Positions 26,422-36,383 are shown, counted from the stretch's first letter. The stretch is 64,000 nt of DNA from an uncultured Candidatus Saccharibacteria bacterium (GCA_964632215.1 CAZWBG010000001.1:623863-687862); one strand, 5' to 3'. Numbers and translations: made by a program. The notes: generated from the letters alone by a model not told the origin.

Positions 26422-27522
26422 ATGCGCATACAAATTACCCAAGTAAAATTAAATCGAGCTCTTTCCCTACTCTCCCGAGTTGCAAGTTCTAAAACCTCAT
26501 TACCAATTTTGAGTAATATTTTATTCAAAGCACATAAAGGCAATTTGGAATTGGCCGCAACTAACTTAGAGGTTGCTATCACCCATACTACTCATGGAAA
26601 GATTGATGAGGAAGGTTCAGTAACAGTACCTGCTCGCCTATTGCACGAATTCATCTCTCAACTTCCAAAAGATTCAACTATCGATCTTGTGTTCGAAAAG
26701 AATAAACTTTTTATCAGCGCTGGAACATATAGTTCACATATTCAAGGTAGTAGTGCTGAGGAGTTTCCTGCTCTACCGACTATCAAGGCTGGATCAAAGG
26801 TTATACTCGATGTTTCTGAGTTGCAAAACGCTATTAATCGTACAATTTTAGCAGTCTCACATGACGAGACTCGACCAATATTAAGTGGTTTGTACCTGCA
26901 TACTATCGAGGGGGTTCTTTATTTAGCAGCTACTGATGGCTACCGTTTAGCGGAGGCAACAATTTTAGGAAAAATAGATCATGAGGTGGAATACGTACTG
27001 CCAACTCAAACTATGCAAGAAGTGTTAAAAATTGTTCAGGATACGAATGAAACAGAGGTAGAACTATTATTTGACGAAGGCCAGTTCGGAATTATCTGCG
27101 GTGAAACCCAGCTCGTAAGTCGTTTAATTGACGGGCAATATCCAAAATATCGACAACTGATTCCAGAAAAAAGTGATATTCGCTTTGAGGTCAATCGTGA
27201 GGAACTTTTAACTGCTTCTAAGCTCGCAGGACTATTCGCGCGTGAAAGTGGCGGCAGCATAACCATACGCGCGTCTGAGAGTGAAAAAAACGTGGTAGTT
27301 AGTTCTGTGGCCAGCCAAGTTGGTGATAATACCTCAACAATTAATGGTAGCGTAGAAGGCAGTGGCGAAGTGGTAGTAAATGTCCGCTACCTTACTGACG
27401 CGCTCAACTGCTTTGATAGCGAGACAATTACTTTCCGTTTTACAGACTCCATTAGCCCTTGTGTCATTACCTCAAGCGAACAGCCTGGCTACCAACATAT
27501 AGTTATGCCCCTTAAAAGCTAA
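26422..27522 (+). CDS. dnaN: DNA polymerase III beta sliding clamp
   Basis: 366 aa. Typical three-domain clamp length. N-terminus MRIQITQVKLNRALSLLSRVASSKTSLPILSNILF. Follows dnaA. Confidence 0.95.
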   Translation: MRIQITQVKLNRALSLLSRVASSKTSLPILSNILFKAHKGNLELAATNLEVAITHTTHGKIDEEGSVTVPARLLHEFISQLPKDSTIDLVFEKNKLFISAGTYSSHIQGSSAEEFPALPTIKAGSKVILDVSELQNAINRTILAVSHDETRPILSGLYLHTIEGVLYLAATDGYRLAEATILGKIDHEVEYVLPTQTMQEVLKIVQDTNETEVELLFDEGQFGIICGETQLVSRLIDGQYPKYRQLIPEKSDIRFEVNREELLTASKLAGLFARESGGSITIRASESEKNVVVSSVASQVGDNTSTINGSVEGSGEVVVNVRYLTDALNCFDSETITFRFTDSISPCVITSSEQPGYQHIVMPLKS

Positions 27523-27530
27523 TTAGTTAC

Positions 27531-28241
27531 CTATAGTACCTTGTATACAATTACATAGTCGTCAGGGTTGAATCCTTTTGATCGAATATAATCCAACGCT
27601 TTTTGTTTGTACTGCTCTGCCATGATACGGATCTGTTCTGGAGTTGGATCGTTTGTAACCGTCGGAAATAGACTTATTAATAACCCAACACCGCGGTTAC
27701 TTTGTTCGATCTCAAAGTTGGAGTATGCCTCTATCTTAAAATCTGGTGTCCTATAAGGTAATATAGCAAGAATTGGGTCTGTAACAGATTTAGACTTATC
27801 TTGAGTTTGATCCATCTGCTTATTGGTATCTTTCTGAGATATATCCCGACTTGGTATATATACAGTCCTAAAATCAAAGCGTAATTCCTGAATAGTTTTA
27901 TCTCTTTCTGAAACAATATTCTTGAATATTAAAGTGTGTTTTTCATCTTGTTTAAAAACAATATTGAAGTATACTTTTATTTTATTTTTATCAACCTCAA
28001 GCCTGTTGATTAATCTTTCGTTATCAATAGTATCCAGAAGTAATTTATTAGGATCACTCTTAATATTCTGTGTAAAAGTTAGTTCCGAATAAGCTAAGGA
28101 CGTAGGAATATCACCACTTAGTTTAGGCGAACTGGAACGGAAAGAAAAAATAAATCGAGACGGAAGCGTAAGAGCGAGGATAATTATGATGACCACTATA
28201 GTTCCAATAATAGCTAGACGTTTTACAGAAATTTTACTCAT
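27531..28241 (-). CDS. bitopic membrane protein of the T4SS-like operon (function unknown)
   Basis: 236 aa. N-terminal anchor LAIIGTIVVIIIILALTL, then a soluble domain. Start overlaps the upstream hydrolase stop by 4 nt. Confidence 0.5.
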   Translation of the reverse strand: MSKISVKRLAIIGTIVVIIIILALTLPSRFIFSFRSSSPKLSGDIPTSLAYSELTFTQNIKSDPNKLLLDTIDNERLINRLEVDKNKIKVYFNIVFKQDEKHTLIFKNIVSERDKTIQELRFDFRTVYIPSRDISQKDTNKQMDQTQDKSKSVTDPILAILPYRTPDFKIEAYSNFEIEQSNRGVGLLISLFPTVTNDPTPEQIRIMAEQYKQKALDYIRSKGFNPDDYVIVYKVL

Positions 28242-30124
28242 GGTATCCTCACGTATCCAGTTATACCAGCACCGCCACTTATATCAGTCTCCGTAGCGGC
28301 CTGGAATGTCTTAGTATTTACTTTATTACCCTCATTACCACCTATGGTTGTGATTGTGTTATTAGCAGGATCAACGCTCACGATGATATTAACGTGTTCT
28401 GATCCGTATATAACAAGATCACCAGGTTGTGGTATGAAACTAGTTTCGGTAATTGGGTGCCACCACCCATTCCTTTCACCGTAGGCTTGTATGTCGGGAA
28501 CGTATGATATTATCCACCCCTCTCTACCGTCTGTAAAAGGTTTCCCAGCTTCATTAAAAACCCAGCTTGCAAAATAAGCGCACCAAGGTTGTCCTGCAGT
28601 TCCACCATATTTTAAGTAAGTACCGTCAGCTTCGTTTGCCCCCCCAGCGAGCTCCTGCTGGGCTATCTCAACTATACGAGTAGAGCCTGTTCCTGTAGAG
28701 CATTTATCACCCGAACCACCTCCTCCACCTGCGAACTTATCATATATCTCAAGGGCAGCCGCTCTTCGCTCCCTCCTCTCTGTTTCGAGCCCACCAGGGT
28801 TCTCATATTTTTCAAGAATAATATCCGTCGAGAGGTTAACTGCAGCTTCGACTGATTGTCTGTCGCTAGGGTCTGCCGTTATTTCCATTAATGGGTCAAG
28901 TACACTACCTTTGAAGTTTGATTCTAATTCACTCCACAAGAAGTCAAGTTGAAGCCCTAAATCACCAGCAATAACACTTCTCTCTAATGCTTTATCGCGC
29001 AGTGCCTGTTTTCTTGTCGGCCATGTCCATTGAACAATACCATAGCCTGGCTGACCCTTATCATTTTTATCTGGTGGTACATGGTCATCAAAACTCGATG
29101 GCTCACCAGGTTTTGATATTTCACCTCGAGAGTTTGGCCAACCATACTCAACGAGTTTTGGTTCAAAATGAGCCTCATTTATAAAGTTTCCCATAAATCC
29201 TGCCGCTTGGTAAGGTTTAAAACCTTTCCCCAAGAGGTAGTTCCAAACTTTCTCTAGATTATCAGCACCTACTAGAGTGCTTGAACCTGGAGTGCACGCA
29301 CAGTCTGTTATTGGGGTGCCGCCACCCGAATTTATAGAGTTAAGTACTAAATTTACAAGTGCTTCATTACCTTTTTGATTTGGGTGAACATAAGCATCGG
29401 CAAAATAACTATTAATATCCACTAGGTCATTACCAGGATTAACCGGGTCTTTTTCCTGGCCAAAAGCAGTTTTAAACCAAGATATAGGCCGGATTCCTTT
29501 TGTGGTAACTCTCTCGTAGATAAGTTGATTGGCGGTTCTGATAACTTCCAGTTCACCAGGATTCTTAATAGTGGGACTTGTAACCACCGCGGTATCAATC
29601 CAGTATATACGAGCAGTTGCATTTGTTAATTTAACTTTTTCGATCGCAGAATCAATCTCAGCACCAGTAAAGGCGCCATTTGTACCGAGCGCTATAATGA
29701 CCGTGTCGGCTACTTTTATTACTTCAGCGTCCTGTTCTATAGCTTGAAGACCATTAGGGCTTGGTGGTGTACTAGCTAGGCTTCGACTAGTAAGACCATT
29801 AATAGTAATGGGTATATTTTTCTCTGCAAAAATAGTTTTATAGGTGGATTCTGCACCAGCCGTGATCGAGTCACCAACTAAGTAGACATTTTTTGCGCTC
29901 GTTGCAATGTCGGTAGGAGGGCAAGGGTTACAAAGATCATTATCGGTTTTAAGGGAACCTATATTAACAGCTCTTCTGTCACAGGCACTAATTGCATCGG
30001 CTTTTTCAGAAAAAGATGGCAATGTGAGTGAGGTGAGAATATATAGTAGTAATATTCCAACTAAACTGATTCTCGACAGTGTACTCCTTGTGTTTAATTG
30101 TAGATGTGATTGCATTTTATTCAT
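28238..30124 (-). CDS. secreted three-domain cell-wall hydrolase (SGNH esterase + lysozyme-like + CHAP)
   Basis: 628 aa with an N-terminal signal/anchor. VYLVGDSITAG is the GDS(L) block. FMGNFINEAHFEP...GYGIVQWTWPTR resembles phage-tail-lysozyme-type domains. C-terminal PWCAYFASWVF ... GDLVIYGSEHVNIIV supplies a CHAP-like Cys/His pair. Confidence 0.75.
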   Translation of the reverse strand: MNKMQSHLQLNTRSTLSRISLVGILLLYILTSLTLPSFSEKADAISACDRRAVNIGSLKTDNDLCNPCPPTDIATSAKNVYLVGDSITAGAESTYKTIFAEKNIPITINGLTSRSLASTPPSPNGLQAIEQDAEVIKVADTVIIALGTNGAFTGAEIDSAIEKVKLTNATARIYWIDTAVVTSPTIKNPGELEVIRTANQLIYERVTTKGIRPISWFKTAFGQEKDPVNPGNDLVDINSYFADAYVHPNQKGNEALVNLVLNSINSGGGTPITDCACTPGSSTLVGADNLEKVWNYLLGKGFKPYQAAGFMGNFINEAHFEPKLVEYGWPNSRGEISKPGEPSSFDDHVPPDKNDKGQPGYGIVQWTWPTRKQALRDKALERSVIAGDLGLQLDFLWSELESNFKGSVLDPLMEITADPSDRQSVEAAVNLSTDIILEKYENPGGLETERRERRAAALEIYDKFAGGGGGSGDKCSTGTGSTRIVEIAQQELAGGANEADGTYLKYGGTAGQPWCAYFASWVFNEAGKPFTDGREGWIISYVPDIQAYGERNGWWHPITETSFIPQPGDLVIYGSEHVNIIVSVDPANNTITTIGGNEGNKVNTKTFQAATETDISGGAGITGYVRIP

Positions 30125-30127
30125 AAA

Positions 30128-33100
30128 TTATCCACCATTTATTGACCAGTGCCAGGCTTCGCTCGCGAGAGGTTTAAATCCATATGTTGCAGCGTTCGCT
30201 GTTAACCATACTACACAAGGGTTAGACCTGTCGAACTGACCAATGCTACTTCCATTACACCTGAAGTCTATAGCTACTCCCTTTTCATGATTGGAGCTCC
30301 CGGGTATTGCTGTAGGCGGTGAACATTGTCCAGAAGGTTTTTCAAAGATATCATACTGCGAAGTTCCACAGTTTTGCTTACGTAACTCTATCTGTGCCTG
30401 AGGGTCACGCCAGCCGCCAGCTGGACCAGAGGCGGTAAGATTATAGCCAGCTGCACTGGCCGAATCAATCATTGCCTCTAGTTGTGTGACAATGCCCTTC
30501 CAAACTCGTATACCGCCGCCGTTTCTGGTAACGGCGGTATCCTCAAGTGATACGCCCGAACTAGGAGGAGTTCCCGAGTTGGTAGGAGCGGATGTTTGCG
30601 CAGCTGGTGTACAATCCTCGTCATTAAACCAGCAACTACCTACTACGCTGAGCATTTCCTCACGCTGACAAGGGTTAACAGAAACAGGTACGTTGAAAGG
30701 TAGGCCATCGGGTGTAGCTAGCTCCTGTGCGGGTGGATTATCACATCGATAATCATTCCAAAGCTTTGAGCTTTCCATAGTGTTTGATGGGTCATCGATT
30801 GCATACCCAAAGCGTATTGCATCCATAGGGTTCGCATCATTAGCGAGCGTTGTGTCTGCTGCCATTGCGCGTGGAGAGAACTGAGTAGTAAATGCGTATG
30901 TGAGATTTTGGGGTGAAAAGAGTGCAGCTAGCTTTTGTCCACCGGATTCAGGATTAGTTGGCGCCAGCATCGCGAGTCGTGTTGTAAGTGAACGTGGCTG
31001 TGAAAGAGAGAATAACCGCTCAGTTAGTGGTGTGTGTGCTAGTTCTGTGTCACGCTGCTCTACTGCGTACCGTAGTGCCTGGGCAGACTGTTCATTACTG
31101 AGGTATGCTCCGCCCATTCCAACTTTACCATCTATAACAGCATTGTTCCATAACACCTCTCCCGTTGCCCATACGGTATCAAAGGCTGCACCATTTGTCT
31201 CAGCACCAGAAAGATTAGAGCCATATACTTGGTTGGTATTGCCATCAAGATTTGGTGCCAGGTCTTGATCTAGTGTAAGTTGATTAATACCAACCTTCGA
31301 CAACCGAGCTGTATTATTAGCAACCTCGAGTACAGAGGCTATAGCCTCATCATAGTATGTTGTATAAGTACTACAATCGAACTCTAATATTTCTCCTGGA
31401 AGACTAATGCCACAATCTCGTCTAGTGTCAGCCACTACCTTGTCAGCCCTAGCGTCTTCAGATAAGAACGCAAATACGGCGTCTTTACTCATCTGGTTTA
31501 CGTATTCAGTTGGGTTCGGGAGAAGACCTTTACGTATGCAGGCAGTTTCTTTAATACCCCTATCACGCTGTTCGGTGGCGTTATCAAGTTGTGCCGGCTT
31601 GGTATCGTTAAATATTTTTTGACAAGCTGTAGGAGTTGTATCTGTATTACCTTGTGCATATACACCGTTCTCTCCCATAAATGCGGCCCTAAAGACAGGA
31701 GATTCTTCGATAGAATTTAAGTTATCGGTTAGAACCCCGGTGTTCATAAGTGACATGTCACCATTTGCAATCTGACCACCACCTACGTAGTAATTCATAC
31801 CTTGCATGACATTTTGATTTGTAATTCTATCGTAAAGTACTCGTGAGAAGTTCGAATTATTTATTGCCTCGTCCACTCTATCTTGAGCGTCTAAGAACCA
31901 ACTAGCACGAAAGAGACCGCTCTCTACTTTAGGAAACCCTTCTAATACCGAGTTTGCCGAGCCTGTTAAGATGCGTGAGACAATAGGGCTGCGCCTGCCT
32001 GGCCCACCAACATTCTGCGCTAGTTCGTTGCTTACATCCTTTGAGTAATTAATCAACGCATCTTTATTTAGGTCGTCCATAAACTCCTCAGAACCACCAC
32101 TATTAAGCGGAGTATTTTTACTTCCGAGCCCAAGGTTTTGACATGGATTGCCCCCAACGAGCAGACAACTATAATATTGTGACCCTTTCTCTGATACTGG
32201 GCTCAGGGTAAGTCCTGTGATGCTCTGTACGATATTATGACGAGTTTTCTCAAGGTTGAATCCTTCATCTGGGTAATCTAGCTTGGTGTCCTTGTAGTTA
32301 AACTCTTGTTGTGCAACCGATCGTGTCGCAACACGGTTGTAGATATCTTTCCAATGAGTTGTCTCTCGACTGAATTTACCTATATATCCTTGTGCCTTAC
32401 TCCCATCAAGCGGTCCTATCAAAATACTACCAACATACAAGTTCCAGGCAGATTTATCTTTTAAGTTACCGCTTTTGTACGCCGCTGATTCACGGTTAAT
32501 TATAATCCTACCTCCGTACTTTTCTGCGAAAATATTTGCGAGCCCTGCCTTGTCCCAGGCTTCATATAGTTTTTTAGTAGGTGGGTTGGGCGTACTCTTT
32601 GCTTGGGCGTACTCCTCTTGTGAGGCGGGGTTTTCTTGGGCAAAAACCACACCTGAATTATCTTCACTAATAAATGGAAGAGCTGTGCCGATAGCGCCCG
32701 CGTTATCCATTAAGAAATCAGTGGTTGTCTCTGCCATGCGCTTTGCGGTACCTGCCATAGGGATCTGAGAAACTACATCATCTACACTTTTTGTAATAGC
32801 CTGCAGTTTATATCCGATAATCCCAACTATCATTAACATGGAGATTCCAGCTATAAAAATGATTGAGCATAAAAAGATAATCACACTTTTGAGAGTTTTA
32901 GCCGTCTTGACGGGATTAGCATATTTTATGAGTGCTCTCTCGTCGCCCACCAAGGTACGGCCGACATCAACGGCTACTTTGGCTGTGTCTTTAGCTCCCT
33001 GCATTTCCTTCTTCATAAGATCATCAATAGGGTTCTTATCTTCTTTACCGCCGCTCTTCTTTCCGCCAGACATGGAACCCGATTCTGAACCATTACCGCC

Positions 33101-33496
33101 ACCGACACCTGCTTGACCAGGTGTTTTATTTGTAGGATTGAAACTATTCTTTAAACCACTAATTGCCTTTTTTGCACCATCGGTCGTGGCGCCTGCTGCA
33201 CTATCTTGGCCACCAGAGCCTGGTGTGTCGCTTGAGCCGAGCCCAGGGACACTTCCACCGACTTTTCCGAGCCCGTCTTTTAGTGAGCCTAGGCCACCGC
33301 CACTCGCATCACCTGCAGCTTCCCCAGCTTTTTGCGCTAAGCCCTTACCAGTTTTAAAGGCATTGCCGGGCAAGCTACCTAATTTGTCGGCTACTCCACC
33401 ACCAGAACCTCCATTGTCTGCATCAAAAGCACTTCCCTTTTCGGTGTGGAGTGGACTTTCTGGTTCATTTGGGTTGTTGTTTTGATCAGGATCCAT
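30128..33496 (-). CDS. giant bitopic protein with Gly/Ser-rich N-terminus and C-terminal M15 (VanY/D-Ala-D-Ala carboxypeptidase-like) peptidase domain
   Basis: 1122 aa. About 200 aa of low complexity, one TM segment (SVIIFLCSIIFIAGISMLMIVGIIGY), and about 750 aa of unknown ectodomain. The C-terminus has GGWRDPQAQ, SSNHEKGVAIDF and EAWHW, the metal-ligand style motifs of M15 peptidases. Confidence 0.7.
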   Translation of the reverse strand: MDPDQNNNPNEPESPLHTEKGSAFDADNGGSGGGVADKLGSLPGNAFKTGKGLAQKAGEAAGDASGGGLGSLKDGLGKVGGSVPGLGSSDTPGSGGQDSAAGATTDGAKKAISGLKNSFNPTNKTPGQAGVGGGNGSESGSMSGGKKSGGKEDKNPIDDLMKKEMQGAKDTAKVAVDVGRTLVGDERALIKYANPVKTAKTLKSVIIFLCSIIFIAGISMLMIVGIIGYKLQAITKSVDDVVSQIPMAGTAKRMAETTTDFLMDNAGAIGTALPFISEDNSGVVFAQENPASQEEYAQAKSTPNPPTKKLYEAWDKAGLANIFAEKYGGRIIINRESAAYKSGNLKDKSAWNLYVGSILIGPLDGSKAQGYIGKFSRETTHWKDIYNRVATRSVAQQEFNYKDTKLDYPDEGFNLEKTRHNIVQSITGLTLSPVSEKGSQYYSCLLVGGNPCQNLGLGSKNTPLNSGGSEEFMDDLNKDALINYSKDVSNELAQNVGGPGRRSPIVSRILTGSANSVLEGFPKVESGLFRASWFLDAQDRVDEAINNSNFSRVLYDRITNQNVMQGMNYYVGGGQIANGDMSLMNTGVLTDNLNSIEESPVFRAAFMGENGVYAQGNTDTTPTACQKIFNDTKPAQLDNATEQRDRGIKETACIRKGLLPNPTEYVNQMSKDAVFAFLSEDARADKVVADTRRDCGISLPGEILEFDCSTYTTYYDEAIASVLEVANNTARLSKVGINQLTLDQDLAPNLDGNTNQVYGSNLSGAETNGAAFDTVWATGEVLWNNAVIDGKVGMGGAYLSNEQSAQALRYAVEQRDTELAHTPLTERLFSLSQPRSLTTRLAMLAPTNPESGGQKLAALFSPQNLTYAFTTQFSPRAMAADTTLANDANPMDAIRFGYAIDDPSNTMESSKLWNDYRCDNPPAQELATPDGLPFNVPVSVNPCQREEMLSVVGSCWFNDEDCTPAAQTSAPTNSGTPPSSGVSLEDTAVTRNGGGIRVWKGIVTQLEAMIDSASAAGYNLTASGPAGGWRDPQAQIELRKQNCGTSQYDIFEKPSGQCSPPTAIPGSSNHEKGVAIDFRCNGSSIGQFDRSNPCVVWLTANAATYGFKPLASEAWHWSINGG

Positions 33497-33518
33497 GTTG
33501 CTTATATTCTATCAGATG

Positions 33519-35420
33519 TTACTCGACAGCCGTATTGCTAGGTGATGCAACGACATTACGTTGATTGGCACTGATGTTACCTGCATTATTTTGTGTCATG
33601 ACTTGGTAGGCTTCTTGAGCGTGAGCAGCTACTTCCTGAACTTTCCGAATTTCCTCTGGGTTGGTGGTGATCAGGCTTGCTTCGGTTGGGCTCGGAACAA
33701 TTTGAATATGCACGTGGTTTTGACCAGCAAAGAGTAGGCCTTGTCCAATTGGGAACTGACTGAGACGCTTCTTTTCCTCACCTGTTAGCTTAAACACTGC
33801 CGAGAGTACATCTACAGCGCTCGGCGACTGTTTAAGAAGAATCTGCATAGACGAGTTAGAGACAATTGCACGACCCATCTGGGAACTCATCATATCTTCA
33901 ACATCTTGACTGATAGTAGTAAGGCCCAGGTAGTACTTACGTGCACGCTTGGCTAGGCTGAACATAAAGTTAGCTGAATCTGGGTATTTCAAGAGCTGCC
34001 AGGCTTCATCTACTATTAACTCACGCTTTTTGCGATCACTCTTAGTTTTATTCCAAATGTGATTCAAGATTATATACATAGCTACGGGTCGGAGTTCATC
34101 TTCAAGATCACGGATATTAAAGACCACCATAGCATTGTTAATATCCACATTACTTTGTTGTGAGAAAATACCTGCAAATGTTCCGGTAGTGTATTTGCGT
34201 AGGAGTTGAGCCATAGCCGGTCCAGAGCCCTGCATGTGTAGAAGTGTTTCGTAGAGATCACCAATGGTTGGTGGCGGGGTCTGGTGTGTTAAGGGGTCAC
34301 CAGTGATTCCAGCTCTGGCATAGGTGTCAATAAGTGCTTGATCTAGATCTGCCTCTTGGGCTGGGCCAAGCGAGCCACCCATCATCAGACGCATAAGACC
34401 ATGTAGTGTAATCAAATTTGCTCGCAGGGCATTGTCGGCATCTTCTTTATCTATTACTCTCGGTAAATCGAAGGGGTTGATACGGGTACTGGAGCTCAGG
34501 CTCATGCGCACATAGCTACCACCGACAGCATTACAGAGCTTTTCATACTCGTTCTCTGGGTCTATGATAATTACTTCAGTTCCCATCATCATAGAACGTA
34601 GAGCTCCAAGTTTTACAGTGAATGATTTACCAGCACCAGATTTAGCAAAGACCACCATATTAGCATTTTCAAGGCTAAATCGATCAAAAATGACCAGGCC
34701 GTTGTTGTGCATATTGATACCGTAGAGAATACCACTATCTTGTGTGAGGTCAGCACTTGTAAATGGAAAGCTGGTGGCCAAGGCTCCTGTATTCATATTA
34801 CGACGGATTTGCAGCTGGTCAGTAAACTGAGGGATGGTTGAATTAAAGCCTTGCTCCATCTGTACTGTAGCGGGTTTAGAGTAAACAAGCTGCTGACCAA
34901 GAATAGTCTCAACCTTATGTTGAATAAACTCTAATTCCTCCAAACTCTTGGCATAGATAGTTAGGTAAAGGCCAAATCGGAAGAACCGCTCCTCTCCTAC
35001 CTGTAGGCTATCTCGAAGCTCCTCGGCGTCAATAATTGCCGCTTGTTTGGCAGGGTCGCGCACTCGGCCTTTTTCGGCATCGATTTGTAAACCTGCTTCG
35101 AGTTGTCCAACCTTCTTACGGAGATTCTCGAGTACGACCTGGCTTGCGACAGGATATATGAACATAGAAACATCTATCTCTTCATCCATATTTACAATTG
35201 GTGAAAGCCAACCCGTAAATATTTGCCTAGGGTAACCGTAGACATAAAAGGTTTGGGCGTACAAAGTTCCTAGTCGGAAATGGCTTGATTCTATCTCAAG
35301 AGAACTCGGTGCAATAAAGTCCCTTAGTTCAGAGATACCTCTACGAAAAGCTTCGTTTACTTCTTGTTGCTCGCGTAAACGCTGTTGTTGAGCAAGTGTA
35401 ACTGGATCTACTTTAGCCAT
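33519..35420 (-). CDS. virB4: VirB4/TrsE-family type IV secretion ATPase
   Basis: 633 aa. Walker A VFAKSGAGKSFTVK and Walker B RELIVDEAWQLL. N-terminal domain pattern (APSSLEIESSHFRLG..YAQTFYVYGYPR) is typical of Gram-positive VirB4 homologs. Confidence 0.9.
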   Translation of the reverse strand: MAKVDPVTLAQQQRLREQQEVNEAFRRGISELRDFIAPSSLEIESSHFRLGTLYAQTFYVYGYPRQIFTGWLSPIVNMDEEIDVSMFIYPVASQVVLENLRKKVGQLEAGLQIDAEKGRVRDPAKQAAIIDAEELRDSLQVGEERFFRFGLYLTIYAKSLEELEFIQHKVETILGQQLVYSKPATVQMEQGFNSTIPQFTDQLQIRRNMNTGALATSFPFTSADLTQDSGILYGINMHNNGLVIFDRFSLENANMVVFAKSGAGKSFTVKLGALRSMMMGTEVIIIDPENEYEKLCNAVGGSYVRMSLSSSTRINPFDLPRVIDKEDADNALRANLITLHGLMRLMMGGSLGPAQEADLDQALIDTYARAGITGDPLTHQTPPPTIGDLYETLLHMQGSGPAMAQLLRKYTTGTFAGIFSQQSNVDINNAMVVFNIRDLEDELRPVAMYIILNHIWNKTKSDRKKRELIVDEAWQLLKYPDSANFMFSLAKRARKYYLGLTTISQDVEDMMSSQMGRAIVSNSSMQILLKQSPSAVDVLSAVFKLTGEEKKRLSQFPIGQGLLFAGQNHVHIQIVPSPTEASLITTNPEEIRKVQEVAAHAQEAYQVMTQNNAGNISANQRNVVASPSNTAVE

Positions 35421-36262
35421 TAGAATGTTCCTGCCATATTGGGCTTAGGGGCTTGGCCTGCACCCTTGGTTACAACAGGTACGCTCAATTGGCCGATACT
35501 CTTTAGAGTTTGACGGGTAGCTGTATCCGGGTTGTAGGTATTGTAGTAAAGCTCAATCAATTCCTGGGTATCAAGCGGCATAGCTTGTACACCAAGTTGT
35601 AATAAGCCGTTCACTACATTTTGTACTCGGTTTCTTAGTTCACTCTTGGCCTTCTCTAAGCTATCTTCATCTATCTTCACAACTGACCTATCTTTATTAC
35701 CCAGAATTCCACCGAAAAGCTTTTTGCTAGACTGTAGGGCCTGTTTGGTGTCCACTTGCCCAAAATATGGTATGACAATATAGAATTCTTTACTCATAAT
35801 ATTTGTCTGCTGTACAAGGTCATCTATAAAGTAAATATAGTCTTCCATCAACATGCCAAGCAGCATGTTGTCCATACTCGAACGAATTTTGCCAAGTTTT
35901 TCCAGATACGGGCGCATATCGATCTTACGAGATTTAATAGAAATTTGAATATCAAAATATAGTGAGTTCAAAAAACCTTGATAGGCATACTCCACCGCTT
36001 CTTGCTCGTTTATACTCATTAAATCAAAATTAATACTCTTAGCCATGACGACTGCTCGAAAGCTTCCATCATTCATAATTACAATCCCGTCCCGAACTGC
36101 CGCGATCTCCAAGAAATTTTGAGTACTGTTAGGATTAGCAACAGATTTCTTGGCTGTAGGTCGCTGGGAAGCTTGAGGTGCCATACCTGGCTGCATAACT
36201 GGCATAGGCTGCTGGGGAGTAGCTTGTGGTTGTTGAGGATATGGTGTTTGATTTGGTTGCAT
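35420..36262 (-). CDS. soluble T4SS-operon protein with Pro/Gln-rich N-terminus (possible VirB4 N-domain-like paralog)
   Basis: 280 aa with no TM segment. FLEIAAVRDGIVIMNDGSFRAVVMAKSINFDLMSINEQEAV resembles the start of VirB4/TraC-type proteins. Stop overlaps the virB4 start by 1 nt. Confidence 0.45.
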   Translation of the reverse strand: MQPNQTPYPQQPQATPQQPMPVMQPGMAPQASQRPTAKKSVANPNSTQNFLEIAAVRDGIVIMNDGSFRAVVMAKSINFDLMSINEQEAVEYAYQGFLNSLYFDIQISIKSRKIDMRPYLEKLGKIRSSMDNMLLGMLMEDYIYFIDDLVQQTNIMSKEFYIVIPYFGQVDTKQALQSSKKLFGGILGNKDRSVVKIDEDSLEKAKSELRNRVQNVVNGLLQLGVQAMPLDTQELIELYYNTYNPDTATRQTLKSIGQLSVPVVTKGAGQAPKPNMAGTF

Positions 36263-36383
36263 AAGAAGATATACCCACTCTGAAATACTTCCTAATTATG
36301 GCATAAGCAGCATCAGATTGGTAGAGTTAGCCGAGGTATTTATTGTCCACTCCTTTTCAGGACAGTTGAAGCTATCTGATTGC

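Noticed and set aside
30486-33485. Series of plus-strand ORFs (e.g. 30900..31268, 32475..32768, 33138..33485) antisense to the 1122-aa gene
   Set aside because: These are shadow ORFs opposite a long, clearly coding gene. The Pro/Ser/Ala-rich translations mirror the Gly/Ser-rich sense strand.
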